From assembly GCA_963847625.1 (NCBI GenBank), contig CAWKAR010000045.1, positions 32,001-96,000 of the forward strand: 64,000 nt of DNA, written 5' to 3'. This DNA is from a candidate division FCPU426 bacterium (GTDB lineage Bacteria > Oederibacteriota > Muellerivitia > Muellerivitales > Muellerivitaceae). The notes under the pieces were generated by a model. The model was not told the DNA's origin. It saw only the letters and a list, made by a program, of their open reading frames with translations, and ran no database searches. The position numbers and the translations under genes were made by a program. Shown here one piece after another: positions 52,532 to 63,423 of the stretch (positions are counted from its first letter, which is position 1; each line of letters opens with the position of its first letter).

Positions 52532-54337
52532 TTATAAATCCAGGTAATTCTTGAGCACGCGGCTCCTGGAAGGATGCCGCAGTTTCTTCAGGGCCTTGGC
52601 CTCGATCTGCCTGACGCGCTCACGGGTAACGTGAAATACATTTCCAACCTCTTCCAGGGTGCGGGGAGGGCCGTTGTCCAGGCCGAACCTCTGCCTCAAG
52701 ACCTCCGCTTCCCGGTCCTTGAGCGTCCCCAGGGCCTTGGTGATCTTCTCCTTGAGGAGCGCGAAAGCGGCCGCGTTGTCCGGGCTGATGGCATCCTTGT
52801 CTGCGATAAAATCCCCCAGGTGGCTGTCCTGCTCCTCACCGACGGGCGTTTCCAGCGAAATCGGCGACTGGGCGACCTTCAGGCAGGACCGGATCTTTTC
52901 CACGGGCAATTCCAGGCGGTCGGCGATCTCATCCACCGTGGGCTCATGCCCCAGTTCCTGTACCAGGTCGCGGGAAGCTTTCACGGATTTGTTAATGATC
53001 TCGTTCATGTGCACCGGGACACGGATCGTGCGGGCTTGGTCCGAGATGGCGCGGGTGATGGCCTGGCGGACCCACCAGGTGGCGTAGGTGGAAAACTTGT
53101 AACCCCGCCGGTACTCGAACTTCTCAACCCCCCGCATGAGGCCGATATTCCCCTCCTGGATGAGATCCAGGAACGGCAGGCCACGGTTGACGTATTTTTT
53201 CGCGATGGAGATGACCAGCCGCAGGTTGGCTTCCACCATCTCCATGCGCGCGCGGTAGGCCTCGCGCTCGCCCGTGCGGATCACGCGCATCATTTCCTTG
53301 ACGCGCTCCCGCCCGGCCATGGCCTTCTTCTCGAGCTTCTTGATCTGGCGCCTGGCCGCGTCCCAACGTTGGCAGGCATCCATGAAGTCCCCGCCCTTCA
53401 GGGCGCTTTTTCTTTCCAGGGCCTTGAAATCGCCGGGCCCGCCGTGTTTGAGCGTACCAGGGAGTTTGATGTAGTGCTCGGGAGCGAGCTTCAACCGCTT
53501 GTCCTGCTGGTGCATGAAGTGTTCCTGCTCCTCGATGGCTTCGCCGGGGCCATGGAGACAGCCGACAATGCGTTCCTTCACTTTCTTCTGGAACTGGCAG
53601 TCCTTGACCAGCCAGATGAGGTCAATGAGGGTTTCGTCCAACCGCACTGCCAAAGTCTTGCGTTTCTCGTCCCCCAAGGACTTCAATTCCACCCGGTGCT
53701 GCAATACCTTGATCCGGCGCTCCAGAACCTTGAGCTTGGAGTGGTTTTTCTTGAGCTTGGCCAGGATCTTTTTTTCAGGCGGCCCTCCCGGCAGGTCCTC
53801 ATAGGGCTCCAGGTTGATGGTTTCTTGGAGGGTTTTCTTTTTCTTGAGGATGTCCTTCAGGAGGGCGTGCAGTTCAATAAACCCCAAGGCCGATCCCAGG
53901 ACGATTTTTTCGTGCTTGAACTCGCCCGCCTCGATGCGTTTGGCGATGGCGATTTCCTGATCGCGGGTCAACAGCGAAATGCGGCCCATCTCGCGAAGGT
54001 ACATTTTGACCGGGTCGCCCATCCTGGCCTCGAAGACGGCGGCCCCGGCGGTTTTGTCGAACTCCGCGCCGTCGCCCCCCTCATCGTCCCCCGGGGCGGC
54101 TCCGGGGGTACCGGCCTCCGCCTTGCCGTCTTCCTCGGCGCTTTCAACTTTTTTTTCCTGGTCTACGATCTTGACGTCGTTCTCGCCTAGAAGAAGGAGG
54201 ATCTCATCGATCTCATCGGAAGAGACGGCCTCTTCGGGCAGGATGTCGTTCACTTGCTTGTAGGTGATGTAGCCCTTTTCCTTCCCGACCTTGAGGATGT
54301 TCTTGGCGCGGTCGAACTTGGACATTTCCGTCTTCAT
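52532..54337 (-). CDS. rpoD: RNA polymerase primary sigma factor RpoD
   Basis: Region 1.1 (GKEKGYITY), [11 protein letters not shown], non-conserved region, regions 2-4 and [15 protein letters not shown] before ATG 54337. Confidence 0.93.
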   Translation of the reverse strand: MKTEMSKFDRAKNILKVGKEKGYITYKQVNDILPEEAVSSDEIDEILLLLGENDVKIVDQEKKVESAEEDGKAEAGTPGAAPGDDEGGDGAEFDKTAGAAVFEARMGDPVKMYLREMGRISLLTRDQEIAIAKRIEAGEFKHEKIVLGSALGFIELHALLKDILKKKKTLQETINLEPYEDLPGGPPEKKILAKLKKNHSKLKVLERRIKVLQHRVELKSLGDEKRKTLAVRLDETLIDLIWLVKDCQFQKKVKERIVGCLHGPGEAIEEQEHFMHQQDKRLKLAPEHYIKLPGTLKHGGPGDFKALERKSALKGGDFMDACQRWDAARRQIKKLEKKAMAGRERVKEMMRVIRTGEREAYRARMEMVEANLRLVISIAKKYVNRGLPFLDLIQEGNIGLMRGVEKFEYRRGYKFSTYATWWVRQAITRAISDQARTIRVPVHMNEIINKSVKASRDLVQELGHEPTVDEIADRLELPVEKIRSCLKVAQSPISLETPVGEEQDSHLGDFIADKDAISPDNAAAFALLKEKITKALGTLKDREAEVLRQRFGLDNGPPRTLEEVGNVFHVTRERVRQIEAKALKKLRHPSRSRVLKNYLDL

Positions 54338-54591
54338 GAGCTCTCCACGTCTTAGGGGATAGCGGCACACAAGGGGGTGCATCTTAGCTGAATAAGCCGC
54401 CAAATGCGCAGGTTTCGTAAAATGTTTCTTATGAATACTTTCCTAGTCCCGGGGAGATGACCGCATGACAAGGGGGGCGAAAACCACTTTTTGCAAGCAA
54501 ATTGCTTGAAAAACCAAAAAGTGGATAATGGGTTGTTGTTCATCCAACCATAAATATAGAGTTAAAATCGGACTTTAATAAGGGGGGGCTG

Positions 54592-55197
54592 ATGAAAAAG
54601 GGGTTTTTATTTCGCTTTCTGGCATCCATCCTGCTCGGGGGAATGCTCGGCTTATCCAGCCAAGGGGAAGACGCCCGGATCATCGTCAAGCTTGGGCACA
54701 ACCCCCCGGGCGAGGAGCTGAGAACCGCTTCCCTCTACCTGGTTTTCAAGGGGGACAAGAGCGACAGCCTGACTGGCGTCGAAACCGAGGATGAGAGCCG
54801 GTTCTATGCCGAGGTTTGGGACGATCTGTACCTGCAAGTCACCCCGGATCCAGGGGAAGAGGGAACCGAGGGTTATATTTTCGCCTTTACCAAGGATAAG
54901 GCGGGCAAGGATCCCGTGGCTTTAAAGGAATCCAAGGATGCCCTCTTTATGAAGGGGATTGCGGCGATGGATTTTCGGACCGCAGATAATTCCTCGGCCC
55001 GCCCCCTGAAGCCCGGTCCCGGGACGCTAGAAGACCGGGGCGCCCTGAGGCTGATCCATTACGACGGGTTTGACGCGGAAATCCGGGTGCTGGAATTCAA
55101 TATCGGCGGTGCCACCGTGAAGAAAAAACCCTTCTTTAAATCCCTCTCATGCCTGGTGACGATTACGGAAAAAGCGCCGGCCGCGCGCGAAAAATGA
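54592..55197 (+). CDS. Secreted hypothetical protein
   Basis: Signal peptide and RBS; no recognisable family. Confidence 0.6.
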   Translation: MKKGFLFRFLASILLGGMLGLSSQGEDARIIVKLGHNPPGEELRTASLYLVFKGDKSDSLTGVETEDESRFYAEVWDDLYLQVTPDPGEEGTEGYIFAFTKDKAGKDPVALKESKDALFMKGIAAMDFRTADNSSARPLKPGPGTLEDRGALRLIHYDGFDAEIRVLEFNIGGATVKKKPFFKSLSCLVTITEKAPAAREK

Positions 55198-55289
55198 TGA
55201 AAACAGCCGTTCACAAGACATGAGACATTGTGAATGAATCTTTAATATAATAAGCTGACGTTAACATTATTCTAAAAAAGGCCACCCCC

Positions 55290-56399
55290 ATGAAACACAA
55301 AGCCGCCTTGAAGCCGGGTATGAAAATGAAAATCCAAAAGAAAACCACTCTTGAAAAAACAATTTTGCAGCGGGAACTGGATATGTTCCACCGGATCATC
55401 GAGGGCATGCGGGAGGAGCTTTCCTACGTGGACCTCCTGAAGCTCACCGTCACCTGCGTGTGCAAAGGTTTGGGATACGACCGGGCCGGTATTTTCCTGG
55501 TGGAGCCGGGGGGGAAAAGCATCGCCCGGGCCATTGGAGTGGACGCCAAGGGTCGGTTTGAGGTCGGATACGACCACGTGGACCCTTTGCACGACAAAAG
55601 GGGTTTCAGCACCTTCTCTGACTTGGTCCACGGCTACCGGAAATATTTCTACACCGGCAATCTGCTTAAACTGTATCCCAACGCCAAGGGTGTCGAAAAA
55701 GGGGTGACCTGCAACGCCAACGTGCCGATCTTGGTGGGGAGGAAAAGGATCATCGGCGTCCTGGCCGTCGACAACCTATTCACCCAGCGCAACCTGACCC
55801 GCAAGGACATCGGCTCCCTGATGAATTTCGCAACCCAGGCGGGAATGGCCATCGAGACCATCCGGCTCCATGAGCAGGTCCGGGAGCTTTCCGTCACCGA
55901 CGGATTGACCCGGATCCATAACCGGCGGTATTTCGAGAGGGTCCTGGATGACGAGATCACGCGCTGCAAAAGGTATATCCGGGCTTGCAGCCTTCTGTAC
56001 CTGGATGTGGACCATTTCAAAAATATCAACGACCACTACGGCCATCCGGCTGGCGATGAAGTGTTAAAGTTCATCGCCCTGTTTTTGCGCGCGGACCTAA
56101 GAACCATCGACGTGGTGGCCCGGCTAGGGGGCGACGAGTTCGGCATCATCCTTCCTGAAATCCATCCGGAAGGCGCTTTGACGGTGGCGCAAAGGCTTCA
56201 CCGGAAGATCGCGGATGTGCACCTGCCAGTGGAAGCAATGGTGAAGGACCGTAAAAAAATCACGCTTAGTATTGGAATAGCCACTTTCCCCGAGAACGCA
56301 GGCACAGCTGATGAACTGGTCAAGATGGCGGATAAAAGCCTTTACAAGGCCAAGACTTCCGGCCGGAACCGCGTGGGGCCCTTTATTAGAAAGTCTTAG
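55290..56399 (+). CDS. GAF-GGDEF diguanylate cyclase
   Basis: GAF-like N-terminus; TDGLT..NRR, DVDHFK.IND.YGH..GD, RTID I-site and GGDEF. Confidence 0.93.
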   Translation: MKHKAALKPGMKMKIQKKTTLEKTILQRELDMFHRIIEGMREELSYVDLLKLTVTCVCKGLGYDRAGIFLVEPGGKSIARAIGVDAKGRFEVGYDHVDPLHDKRGFSTFSDLVHGYRKYFYTGNLLKLYPNAKGVEKGVTCNANVPILVGRKRIIGVLAVDNLFTQRNLTRKDIGSLMNFATQAGMAIETIRLHEQVRELSVTDGLTRIHNRRYFERVLDDEITRCKRYIRACSLLYLDVDHFKNINDHYGHPAGDEVLKFIALFLRADLRTIDVVARLGGDEFGIILPEIHPEGALTVAQRLHRKIADVHLPVEAMVKDRKKITLSIGIATFPENAGTADELVKMADKSLYKAKTSGRNRVGPFIRKS

Positions 56400-56607
56400 C
56401 CGCTCCAGTTGTTCATTGTTAAAGATCCGCGCCTTATCCCAAATGCTTTCCTGTTAACGGTATCTTTATAAGCTTTTTAGAAGACCGGTAAGAAATCAGA
56501 TGATTTTTTATCGTTGAATATTTCAATAACAAAAATCCATTCGTTTTCCGGATGGTGAACTTCAACCATTTCCAGAGTATTTTTTAATTTCTTTTCCAGG
56601 TTGCGTG

Positions 56608-56636
56608 TTGCGGGGAGATAGATACCCCCCTATAAT
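56608..56636 (+). promoter_or_regulatory. Putative sigma70 promoter of the accA operon
   Basis: TTGCGG-N17-TATAAT. Confidence 0.55.
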
Positions 56637-56671
56637 AATGCCGCTTTTGAAATCCCCATTCCAAGGCGAGC

Positions 56672-57526
56672 ATGAAAGTTAATCAAATTTCACCGTTAAA
56701 AAAGACAACGCATAAGCACAAGGACTCGAAAACCGCATGGGATCGAGTTCAATTGGCCCGCCATGCCCAACGGCCCTTCACGGCCGATTATATCCCGCGG
56801 ATTTTCACCGATTTCATTCCGCTCCATGGGGACCGGGCCTTCGGGGATGATCCCGCCCTCATCGGCGGGCTCGCCTACCTGGACGGCCAGCCAGTGGTTG
56901 TTTTAGGCCACCAAAAGGGCCATGACACCAAGGAAAACCTCCGTCGAAATTTCGGAATGCCGCACCCGGAAGGGTACCGAAAAGCCCTTCGCCTTATGAA
57001 ATTGGGCGAAAAGTTCAAAAAACCCATCATCACCTTTATCGACACGGCCGGCGCTTACCCCGGGTTGGGCGCCGAGGAACGCGGACAGGCTGAGGCTATT
57101 GCCCGTAATCTCTTTGAAATGGCCAAAATAACGGTTCCCATCATTGCCGTAGTTCTGGGGGAGGGAGGAAGCGGGGGTGCCATCGGGATCGGAGTGGCCA
57201 ACCGGGTTTTGATGCTGGAAAACGCCTGGTATTCGGTCATTTCCCCTGAGGGCTGCGCGGCCATCCTCTGGAGTGAAAGAGAAAAAATTCAGCAGGCCGC
57301 CGATGCGCTCAGACTGACTGCGGCTGATCTCCTGGGTTTAAAAGTGGTGGATGAGATCATTCTCGAGCCCCATGGAGGGGCCCAGAACGATTACGACGCG
57401 GCCGCCCATCGATTAAAAAAATCCCTTTTAAAGCACTTGCCAAGACTCCTGAAAATGTCACCCACCGAACTGGAAAATCAAAGGTATGAAAAATTCCGGG
57501 CGATGGGGATTTTTAAGGAAAAGTAA
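56672..57526 (+). CDS. accA: Acetyl-CoA carboxylase carboxyltransferase alpha subunit
   Basis: [35 protein letters not shown] and [13 protein letters not shown] motifs. Confidence 0.97.
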   Translation: MKVNQISPLKKTTHKHKDSKTAWDRVQLARHAQRPFTADYIPRIFTDFIPLHGDRAFGDDPALIGGLAYLDGQPVVVLGHQKGHDTKENLRRNFGMPHPEGYRKALRLMKLGEKFKKPIITFIDTAGAYPGLGAEERGQAEAIARNLFEMAKITVPIIAVVLGEGGSGGAIGIGVANRVLMLENAWYSVISPEGCAAILWSEREKIQQAADALRLTAADLLGLKVVDEIILEPHGGAQNDYDAAAHRLKKSLLKHLPRLLKMSPTELENQRYEKFRAMGIFKEK

Positions 57527-57565
57527 AACCCTGGAAACCACCCACATTAAAGGCTCCTGAATCGA

Positions 57566-58294
57566 ATGAATTCCATCACTAAATCCATCCTCATATTTTC
57601 ACTGGCGTCCTCATTTCTCACTCTTAACTTATCAAGCTCCTGGGCTAAGCCTAGGATCGCCCTCTATGCCGCCCACGGTGGATCGGAACCAGGTTTAAAA
57701 TCCGGCTCGTATTGGGAAAAAGACTGGAACCTCAAGGTGGCCCTGGCCCTGCAAAAGGCTTTCGAAACTGCGGGTTTCGAGGTGGTGATGATTCGAAAAG
57801 GGGACCAGTACAGCGCTCCGGAGAAATGGATCAACCAAATCAATACCTCCATGGCATCCGCCGCCATTGTTGTTCACGCGGACCGGGAGTGGACCGGTAA
57901 AATCTCCGGACCCCTTTTGGTGGTGGAACCTCCTATCCATGTTGACGCGAGTGACGCCAATAGTGTTCAGAAGTGGGGAGCGGTCAGCATGGCCCAATAC
58001 CGTTCCAGCTTAAAACTGGCCAGGGCCATCGGACAGAAACTCGGGATCAATTTGGCCCTCAACAATCTCTCTGATTCAAAAACCCAGGCGGGAGAGGCCG
58101 TATCACCGGAAGGCAGAATTTTCTGCGTTCCTCATGAAAGCCTGAGATGGTTAGCCATGCCCTCGGTGGTCCTGACGCCTCTTTTCATGACTTCCGCCCA
58201 GGATGTGAAAACCATGAACCGCCAGGATCATCTGCAGGATTTTGCCGAACGGACGGTGGAGGGAACGATGGAGTATCTCCAGATCAACCCATGA
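57566..58294 (+). CDS. N-acetylmuramoyl-L-alanine amidase (Amidase_3)-like protein
   Basis: Signal peptide; AHGG.EPG, EKDWNL and VHAD Zn-ligand motifs; paired with GerMN. Confidence 0.75.
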   Translation: MNSITKSILIFSLASSFLTLNLSSSWAKPRIALYAAHGGSEPGLKSGSYWEKDWNLKVALALQKAFETAGFEVVMIRKGDQYSAPEKWINQINTSMASAAIVVHADREWTGKISGPLLVVEPPIHVDASDANSVQKWGAVSMAQYRSSLKLARAIGQKLGINLALNNLSDSKTQAGEAVSPEGRIFCVPHESLRWLAMPSVVLTPLFMTSAQDVKTMNRQDHLQDFAERTVEGTMEYLQINP

Positions 58295-58983
58295 AAAATT
58301 CACCTAAATCGAAGGATCAACTTCCCCTCTTCCAGCGCGAGGCCAACGTGGCACCTGGAAAAAGTCCGGAAAGGCCGAAAATGAATGCGCGAGGCAATGT
58401 TTTACAAAAAATATTTTTAGGACTAATGGTAATGGTTTTAATCCTTGGCGGATTTCTCATCGAGCACATGAGAAAAGCTGAAGCCGTAAAATTAACAGCG
58501 TCCAGCGCCGCCAAGGAAATCAAGCTCTTCGAGACGCAGGATAAACCTTGGCCCATCTTAATCAAGGAGGTGGATGTCGAAAATGGAAAGGCCGCTAATT
58601 TGGGAGTCACCATCCACCAGAGTAAGAGCAGGTATAACCAAATGAAAGAAGCTATACTGGCATTTCTTCATGGACCCCGGATTGGAAAACTCCAAGTACC
58701 GGTTCCCGGAGGTGTGGAATTAAACGAGTTTTACCTGACCCGCGACGGATTCGCCGTTGTGGATTTATCCCTCTCCAACGTAAAAAAGGAAGAATTCGGT
58801 TTTTACGAGGAAACCCTGTTCGTGCGGGGTTTGATCGAAGCATTAAGCCGGAACTTTTTCGAAGTCAAACAGGTGAAAATATTGGCCGACGGGCAGGATA
58901 CTCCAACCCTCTGCGGCCATTATGCACTGGGAGCGACTGAAGCCGCATCACCGGCCATGGTTCCCGGGGTAAAGGTCCATTAA
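58291..58983 (+). CDS. GerMN domain membrane protein
   Basis: TM helix; LHGP..P.G..L..F..AVVDLS..EE....VKQVKILADG...TL.GH motif; ATGA overlap with the amidase gene. Confidence 0.8.
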   Translation: MKNSPKSKDQLPLFQREANVAPGKSPERPKMNARGNVLQKIFLGLMVMVLILGGFLIEHMRKAEAVKLTASSAAKEIKLFETQDKPWPILIKEVDVENGKAANLGVTIHQSKSRYNQMKEAILAFLHGPRIGKLQVPVPGGVELNEFYLTRDGFAVVDLSLSNVKKEEFGFYEETLFVRGLIEALSRNFFEVKQVKILADGQDTPTLCGHYALGATEAASPAMVPGVKVH

Positions 58984-59061
58984 AAATTTTTCGTCATTAG
59001 CATTACTGCGTTGATCCCGCGGACAAGTCAGGACCTAAAGCAAGTTTTAAGGAAAGATCGT

Positions 59062-61734
59062 ATGGATAAACCCAATGAAAATATCCTCCCTCCAGCTTAC
59101 AACCCGGCGGAAGTGGAATCCCGTTGGTACTCGCAATGGGAAAGCTCGGGTGATTTCACGGCCTCCGCCGACTCCAATAAACCCGCTTTCAGCATGGTTA
59201 TTCCGCCTCCCAATGTGACGGGAAGCCTGCATATGGGCCACGCCTTGAACGAGACCCTTCAGGACCTGATCGCGCGGTTTAAACGCATGAGGGGTTTCAA
59301 CGTGCTTTGGCTTCCCGGGTGCGATCACGCTGGAATCGCCACCCAAAACGTGGTGGAAAAAGAGCTGAAAAAGGAGGGCAAAACGCGCTACGACCTGGGC
59401 CGGGAAGCTTTCGTGAAACGGGTCTGGGAGTGGAAGGGGAAATACGGCGCTACTATCATGCGGCAGTTGCGGAAGCTGGGTTCTTCCTGCGACTGGACCC
59501 GCGAACGGTTCACGATGGATGAGGGACTTTCAAGGGCCGTCCGGAAGGTATTCATCACCCTCTTCAACGAAAAATTGATCTATCAAGACTACTACCTTAT
59601 CAATTGGTGCCCCCGCTGCCAGACCGCCCTTTCCGACATTGAGGTGGAGCACAAGACCACCCAAGGGCATTTTTACCATATCCGTTACCCTTTCCTCCAC
59701 GATCCCTCGGCGGGTGTGGAAGTGGCCACTACGCGGCCGGAGACACTGCTGGGGGATACCGCGGTAGCCGTGCACCCGGAGGATGAACGATATACGGCGT
59801 TAGTAGGGAAATCGGTCATTCTTCCCCTGCTCAACCGCCACATTCCCATCATCAAGGATGCGTATGTGGACAAGGAATTCGGAACAGGAGTGGTTAAAAT
59901 CACGCCCGCACACGATTTCAACGATTTCCAGGTGGGCAATCGGCACAAGCTCGAACGGATCAACATCCTGAATCCTGATGGAACATTGAATAAGTCGGCG
60001 GGCCCCTACCAGGGCTTGGACCGTTTTGAGGCCCGCAAGAGGGTATTAAAAGATTTGGAAGCCCTGGGGCTTCTCCTGAAAACCGAACCCCATGAGCACA
60101 ACGTGGGCCACTGTTACCGGTGTGGAACGGTGGTGGAACCCTATTACTCCAAGCAGTGGTTCGTGCGGATGAAGCCCCTCGCCGAGAAAGCCCTGGAGGC
60201 CGTGGCCCAGGGAAAAACCCGGTTCGTGCCGGAAATGTGGCGCACCGAGTATGAACGGTGGCTGGGACAGATCCAGGACTGGTGCATCAGCCGCCAGATC
60301 TGGTGGGGCCATCGCATACCGGTTTACACCTGCAAGCGGTGCAACACCCAAATGGCGGCCGAAGAAAACCCTAAGGCTTGCCCCCAGGGGCACCCGGGGC
60401 CCCTGGAACAGGACCCGGACGTGCTGGATACCTGGTTTTCTTCCGGTCTCTGGCCCTTTTCCACTTTGGGTTGGCCCGAAAAAACCCGGGACTTGGAAGT
60501 TTTTTATCCCACCACAGTCCTGGTGACTTCCTGGGATATCCTGTTCTTTTGGGTGGCCCGAATGATGATGATGGGCTTGAAATTCATGGGCAACGTGCCT
60601 TTCCGGGAGGTCTATATCTATTCCCTCGTGGCCGATGCAGAAGGGAAGAAGATGAGCAAGTCCAAGGGAAACGTGGTGGATCCCCTCGGTCTCATCGACC
60701 AATACGGCACGGACGCCTTACGGTTCACCTTGACCAGCATTGAGACGAAACAGAGGTACGTTTCCCTGACCCCGCAGAAGTTGGAGTCATCCCGAAATTT
60801 CGCCAACAAACTTTACAACGCCGCGCGTTTCGTACTGATGGGTTTAGCCGACGGCACGGAAGTGAGGCCTTTATCCGGCGAGGATAAAAAGGAACTTAAG
60901 CTGGAGGACCAGTGGATCCTGACGCGCCTGTCCCAAGTGATACAGGAAGTGAGTGAGGATTACGAAAAGTACCGGGTGGCCGAACTTTCCCAGACACTTT
61001 ACCGGTTTCTCTGGAACGAGGTGTGCGATTGGTACCTAGAGGCGGTGAAGCCCCGGCTTTACTTGGAGCCGAAATCGGATGAAAAAAAGCTCGCGGCCTC
61101 GGTGACAGTTACGGTGTTGGATGCGGTGCTTCGCCTGCTTCACCCGGTCATGCCCTTCGTAACTGAAGAGTTGTGGCACAAACTTCCGGGCAAAGGACAA
61201 AGCATCATGAAGGCTTCCTGGCCCCTGGCTTCCGATTATCCTGTGAACGAAGCAGCCGTTATGGATTTCGAATTTCTTCAAGAGGTGATCACTGCCATCC
61301 GTACCAGCCGAAGCGAATTGAACGTTCCCTCCGCGGCCGAGGTGAAGGTGGCTGTCCTGGGAAATAAAGAAATACACCAAAAAATCATTTCCAACCAATC
61401 CCTCATCAAATTTCTTACCCGGGCCGGGGAAGTGAAGCCGGTAACGGAGCGACCGGTTGTTCCTGCGGCGGTTTCCAAGATTAAAGACGGGGAAATTTTC
61501 GTTCTTCTTGAAGGCTACGTGGATTTGATCAAGGAAATTTCAAAGATAAAAAATGAAATCGAAAAACAAGGAAATTACATCAAGACCATCGAGGAAAAAC
61601 TTTCAAACGAACAATTTGTAAAAAAGGCCCCCATTGGAATGGTGGATGCGGAAAAAAACAAGATTGAATCAACCCGTAAACGGCTTGAAAGGCTTCAAAT
61701 GAACCTTCGGCAAATCACTGGATTAAAATCTTGA
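59062..61734 (+). CDS. valS: Valine--tRNA ligase
   Basis: PPPNVTGSLHMGHA, DWCISRQIWWGH, DTWFSS and KMSKSKGN motifs; C-terminal coiled coil. Confidence 0.98.
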   Translation: MDKPNENILPPAYNPAEVESRWYSQWESSGDFTASADSNKPAFSMVIPPPNVTGSLHMGHALNETLQDLIARFKRMRGFNVLWLPGCDHAGIATQNVVEKELKKEGKTRYDLGREAFVKRVWEWKGKYGATIMRQLRKLGSSCDWTRERFTMDEGLSRAVRKVFITLFNEKLIYQDYYLINWCPRCQTALSDIEVEHKTTQGHFYHIRYPFLHDPSAGVEVATTRPETLLGDTAVAVHPEDERYTALVGKSVILPLLNRHIPIIKDAYVDKEFGTGVVKITPAHDFNDFQVGNRHKLERINILNPDGTLNKSAGPYQGLDRFEARKRVLKDLEALGLLLKTEPHEHNVGHCYRCGTVVEPYYSKQWFVRMKPLAEKALEAVAQGKTRFVPEMWRTEYERWLGQIQDWCISRQIWWGHRIPVYTCKRCNTQMAAEENPKACPQGHPGPLEQDPDVLDTWFSSGLWPFSTLGWPEKTRDLEVFYPTTVLVTSWDILFFWVARMMMMGLKFMGNVPFREVYIYSLVADAEGKKMSKSKGNVVDPLGLIDQYGTDALRFTLTSIETKQRYVSLTPQKLESSRNFANKLYNAARFVLMGLADGTEVRPLSGEDKKELKLEDQWILTRLSQVIQEVSEDYEKYRVAELSQTLYRFLWNEVCDWYLEAVKPRLYLEPKSDEKKLAASVTVTVLDAVLRLLHPVMPFVTEELWHKLPGKGQSIMKASWPLASDYPVNEAAVMDFEFLQEVITAIRTSRSELNVPSAAEVKVAVLGNKEIHQKIISNQSLIKFLTRAGEVKPVTERPVVPAAVSKIKDGEIFVLLEGYVDLIKEISKIKNEIEKQGNYIKTIEEKLSNEQFVKKAPIGMVDAEKNKIESTRKRLERLQMNLRQITGLKS

Positions 61735-62594
61735 AGAATAAGAATAGAAATATCGGAAATCCCTTAGATCTCAAATCAATCAGGCATCTGCTCCTGAAGG
61801 CCCTTGAAGAAGACGGTGCTTGGGGGGACCGGACAACGAAAGCCGTTATTCCAGAAACCCTTAAAGCCAAGGGAGAGATCTTGGCCAAGGGTATTGGGAT
61901 TCTTGCGGGACTCCCGGTTATGGCCGAACTCTTCCGACTTTTGAATAAACGATGCCGTTTGAAGCCCCTTCTCGCGGAGGGAGCCCGGGTAAAGCCGGGC
62001 AAAAGGGTTGCCCTCCTCACGGGTCCGGCTCGCGCACTTCTCTCAGGGGAAAGGAGCGGACTCAACTTTCTGAGCCGCCTTTCAGGTGTGGCGACATTAA
62101 CCCGGGAGATGAGGGGGATATTGGGCACCGATAAACTTTATGATACACGCAAAACAACGCCCCTATGGCGGATCCTGGAACGCTATGCGGTACGGATAGG
62201 GGGGGGCAATAACCACCGATTCAATTTGGCGGGACATGTCCTTTTGAAGGACAACCATTTGAGGCTGGGCGGAGGAGTATACGCCTGCGTGAAGGCCGCC
62301 CGGAAAAAATACGGATTCAAGGAATTCATCGAAGTGGAAGTGGAGGATTTCAACGGAGCGTCGGAAGCCCTCCGGGCCGGGGCAGACATCCTCCTGGTTG
62401 ATAACGCGCATCCCTCCCTGCTCGGAAAAATCCAGGTCTTGGTAAAAGATAAAATGAAGATTGAAGTATCAGGTGGTTTGCACCACGAAAATATCCATCA
62501 ATACAAAAATTTAAAGGTCGACCGATATTCTTCCGGAGCTTTGACCCATTCCGCCAAGGCTGTTGATTTTTCCATTGAGCTTTACCCGCTTTGA
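61731..62594 (+). CDS. nadC: Nicotinate-nucleotide pyrophosphorylase (carboxylating)
   Basis: DTRKTTP, NHRFNL, LKDNH, EVEVE and SGALTHS motifs. Confidence 0.95.
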   Translation: MKNKNRNIGNPLDLKSIRHLLLKALEEDGAWGDRTTKAVIPETLKAKGEILAKGIGILAGLPVMAELFRLLNKRCRLKPLLAEGARVKPGKRVALLTGPARALLSGERSGLNFLSRLSGVATLTREMRGILGTDKLYDTRKTTPLWRILERYAVRIGGGNNHRFNLAGHVLLKDNHLRLGGGVYACVKAARKKYGFKEFIEVEVEDFNGASEALRAGADILLVDNAHPSLLGKIQVLVKDKMKIEVSGGLHHENIHQYKNLKVDRYSSGALTHSAKAVDFSIELYPL

Positions 62595-63415
62595 CCTCCG
62601 GAACCGGAAAAAACGGGTTTTTAACCGCTGAATCCCTCCGGCGGGGCTTGAAAACTTTTAACTTCGGCAAAATCTTGTTTTGCTTTGAGAAATTATCCTC
62701 CACGAACGACCTGGCTTTGGAATTGGCACAAGGAGGTGCGGAGGAGGGAACCCTTATTGTTTCCGAGACCCAGACCAAGGGACGGGGCCGTCAAGGCCGC
62801 CGGTGGATCTCTGCGCCCGGAAAATCCATCACCTTTTCCATCGTGCTCCGGCCCAATCTTCTGGCGGATGAAATGCCTGAAATCACACTGGCTTCCGCGG
62901 TGGCCGTCGCCTGGACTCTTGAAAAATGGAAATTCAAACCGGCGATCAAATGGCCCAACGATATACAGATCTCCGGCCAGAAAGTCTGCGGCATTTTGAC
63001 CGAAATGGGGTCGAAAAAAGATAAAATGGGACTGACTGCGGTACTTGGAATCGGGGTGAACTTGAATCAAAAACCCTCTGATTTCCCGGACGAATTCCGG
63101 CGAACCGCCGCAAGTCTTTTCAGCTTGAGCGGGAAGAATATATCCAGGGTCCGCTTTTTCCAGGATCTCCTTTTACGGCTGGAGGAAACTTATGGGTGGG
63201 TGAAGGAAAGGCGCTTCTCCAAAGTCCTGGCCGAGTGGCGCAAGAGGGCTTCCACTCTCGGCAAACAAGTCAGAATCACGCAGTCCCATCGGAACTTTTA
63301 CGGTCATGTCCTGGATGTGGATGAAAAAGGAGCTTTATTGGTGCGAAACGATTTGGGAATGTTAGAAAGAGTGATATCCGGCGACGTGGAAATACTAACG
63401 CTGAGGAAAAAATAG
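62591..63415 (+). CDS. birA: Biotin--protein ligase (no N-terminal HTH)
   Basis: STN, QTKGRGRQGRRW, KWPND and KVCGILTE motifs. Confidence 0.93.
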   Translation: MTSGTGKNGFLTAESLRRGLKTFNFGKILFCFEKLSSTNDLALELAQGGAEEGTLIVSETQTKGRGRQGRRWISAPGKSITFSIVLRPNLLADEMPEITLASAVAVAWTLEKWKFKPAIKWPNDIQISGQKVCGILTEMGSKKDKMGLTAVLGIGVNLNQKPSDFPDEFRRTAASLFSLSGKNISRVRFFQDLLLRLEETYGWVKERRFSKVLAEWRKRASTLGKQVRITQSHRNFYGHVLDVDEKGALLVRNDLGMLERVISGDVEILTLRKK

Positions 63416-63423
63416 GAGATTTT

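Noticed and set aside
52574..54190. 538-aa plus-strand ORF
   Set aside because: Antisense shadow of GC3-rich rpoD with no motifs of its own.
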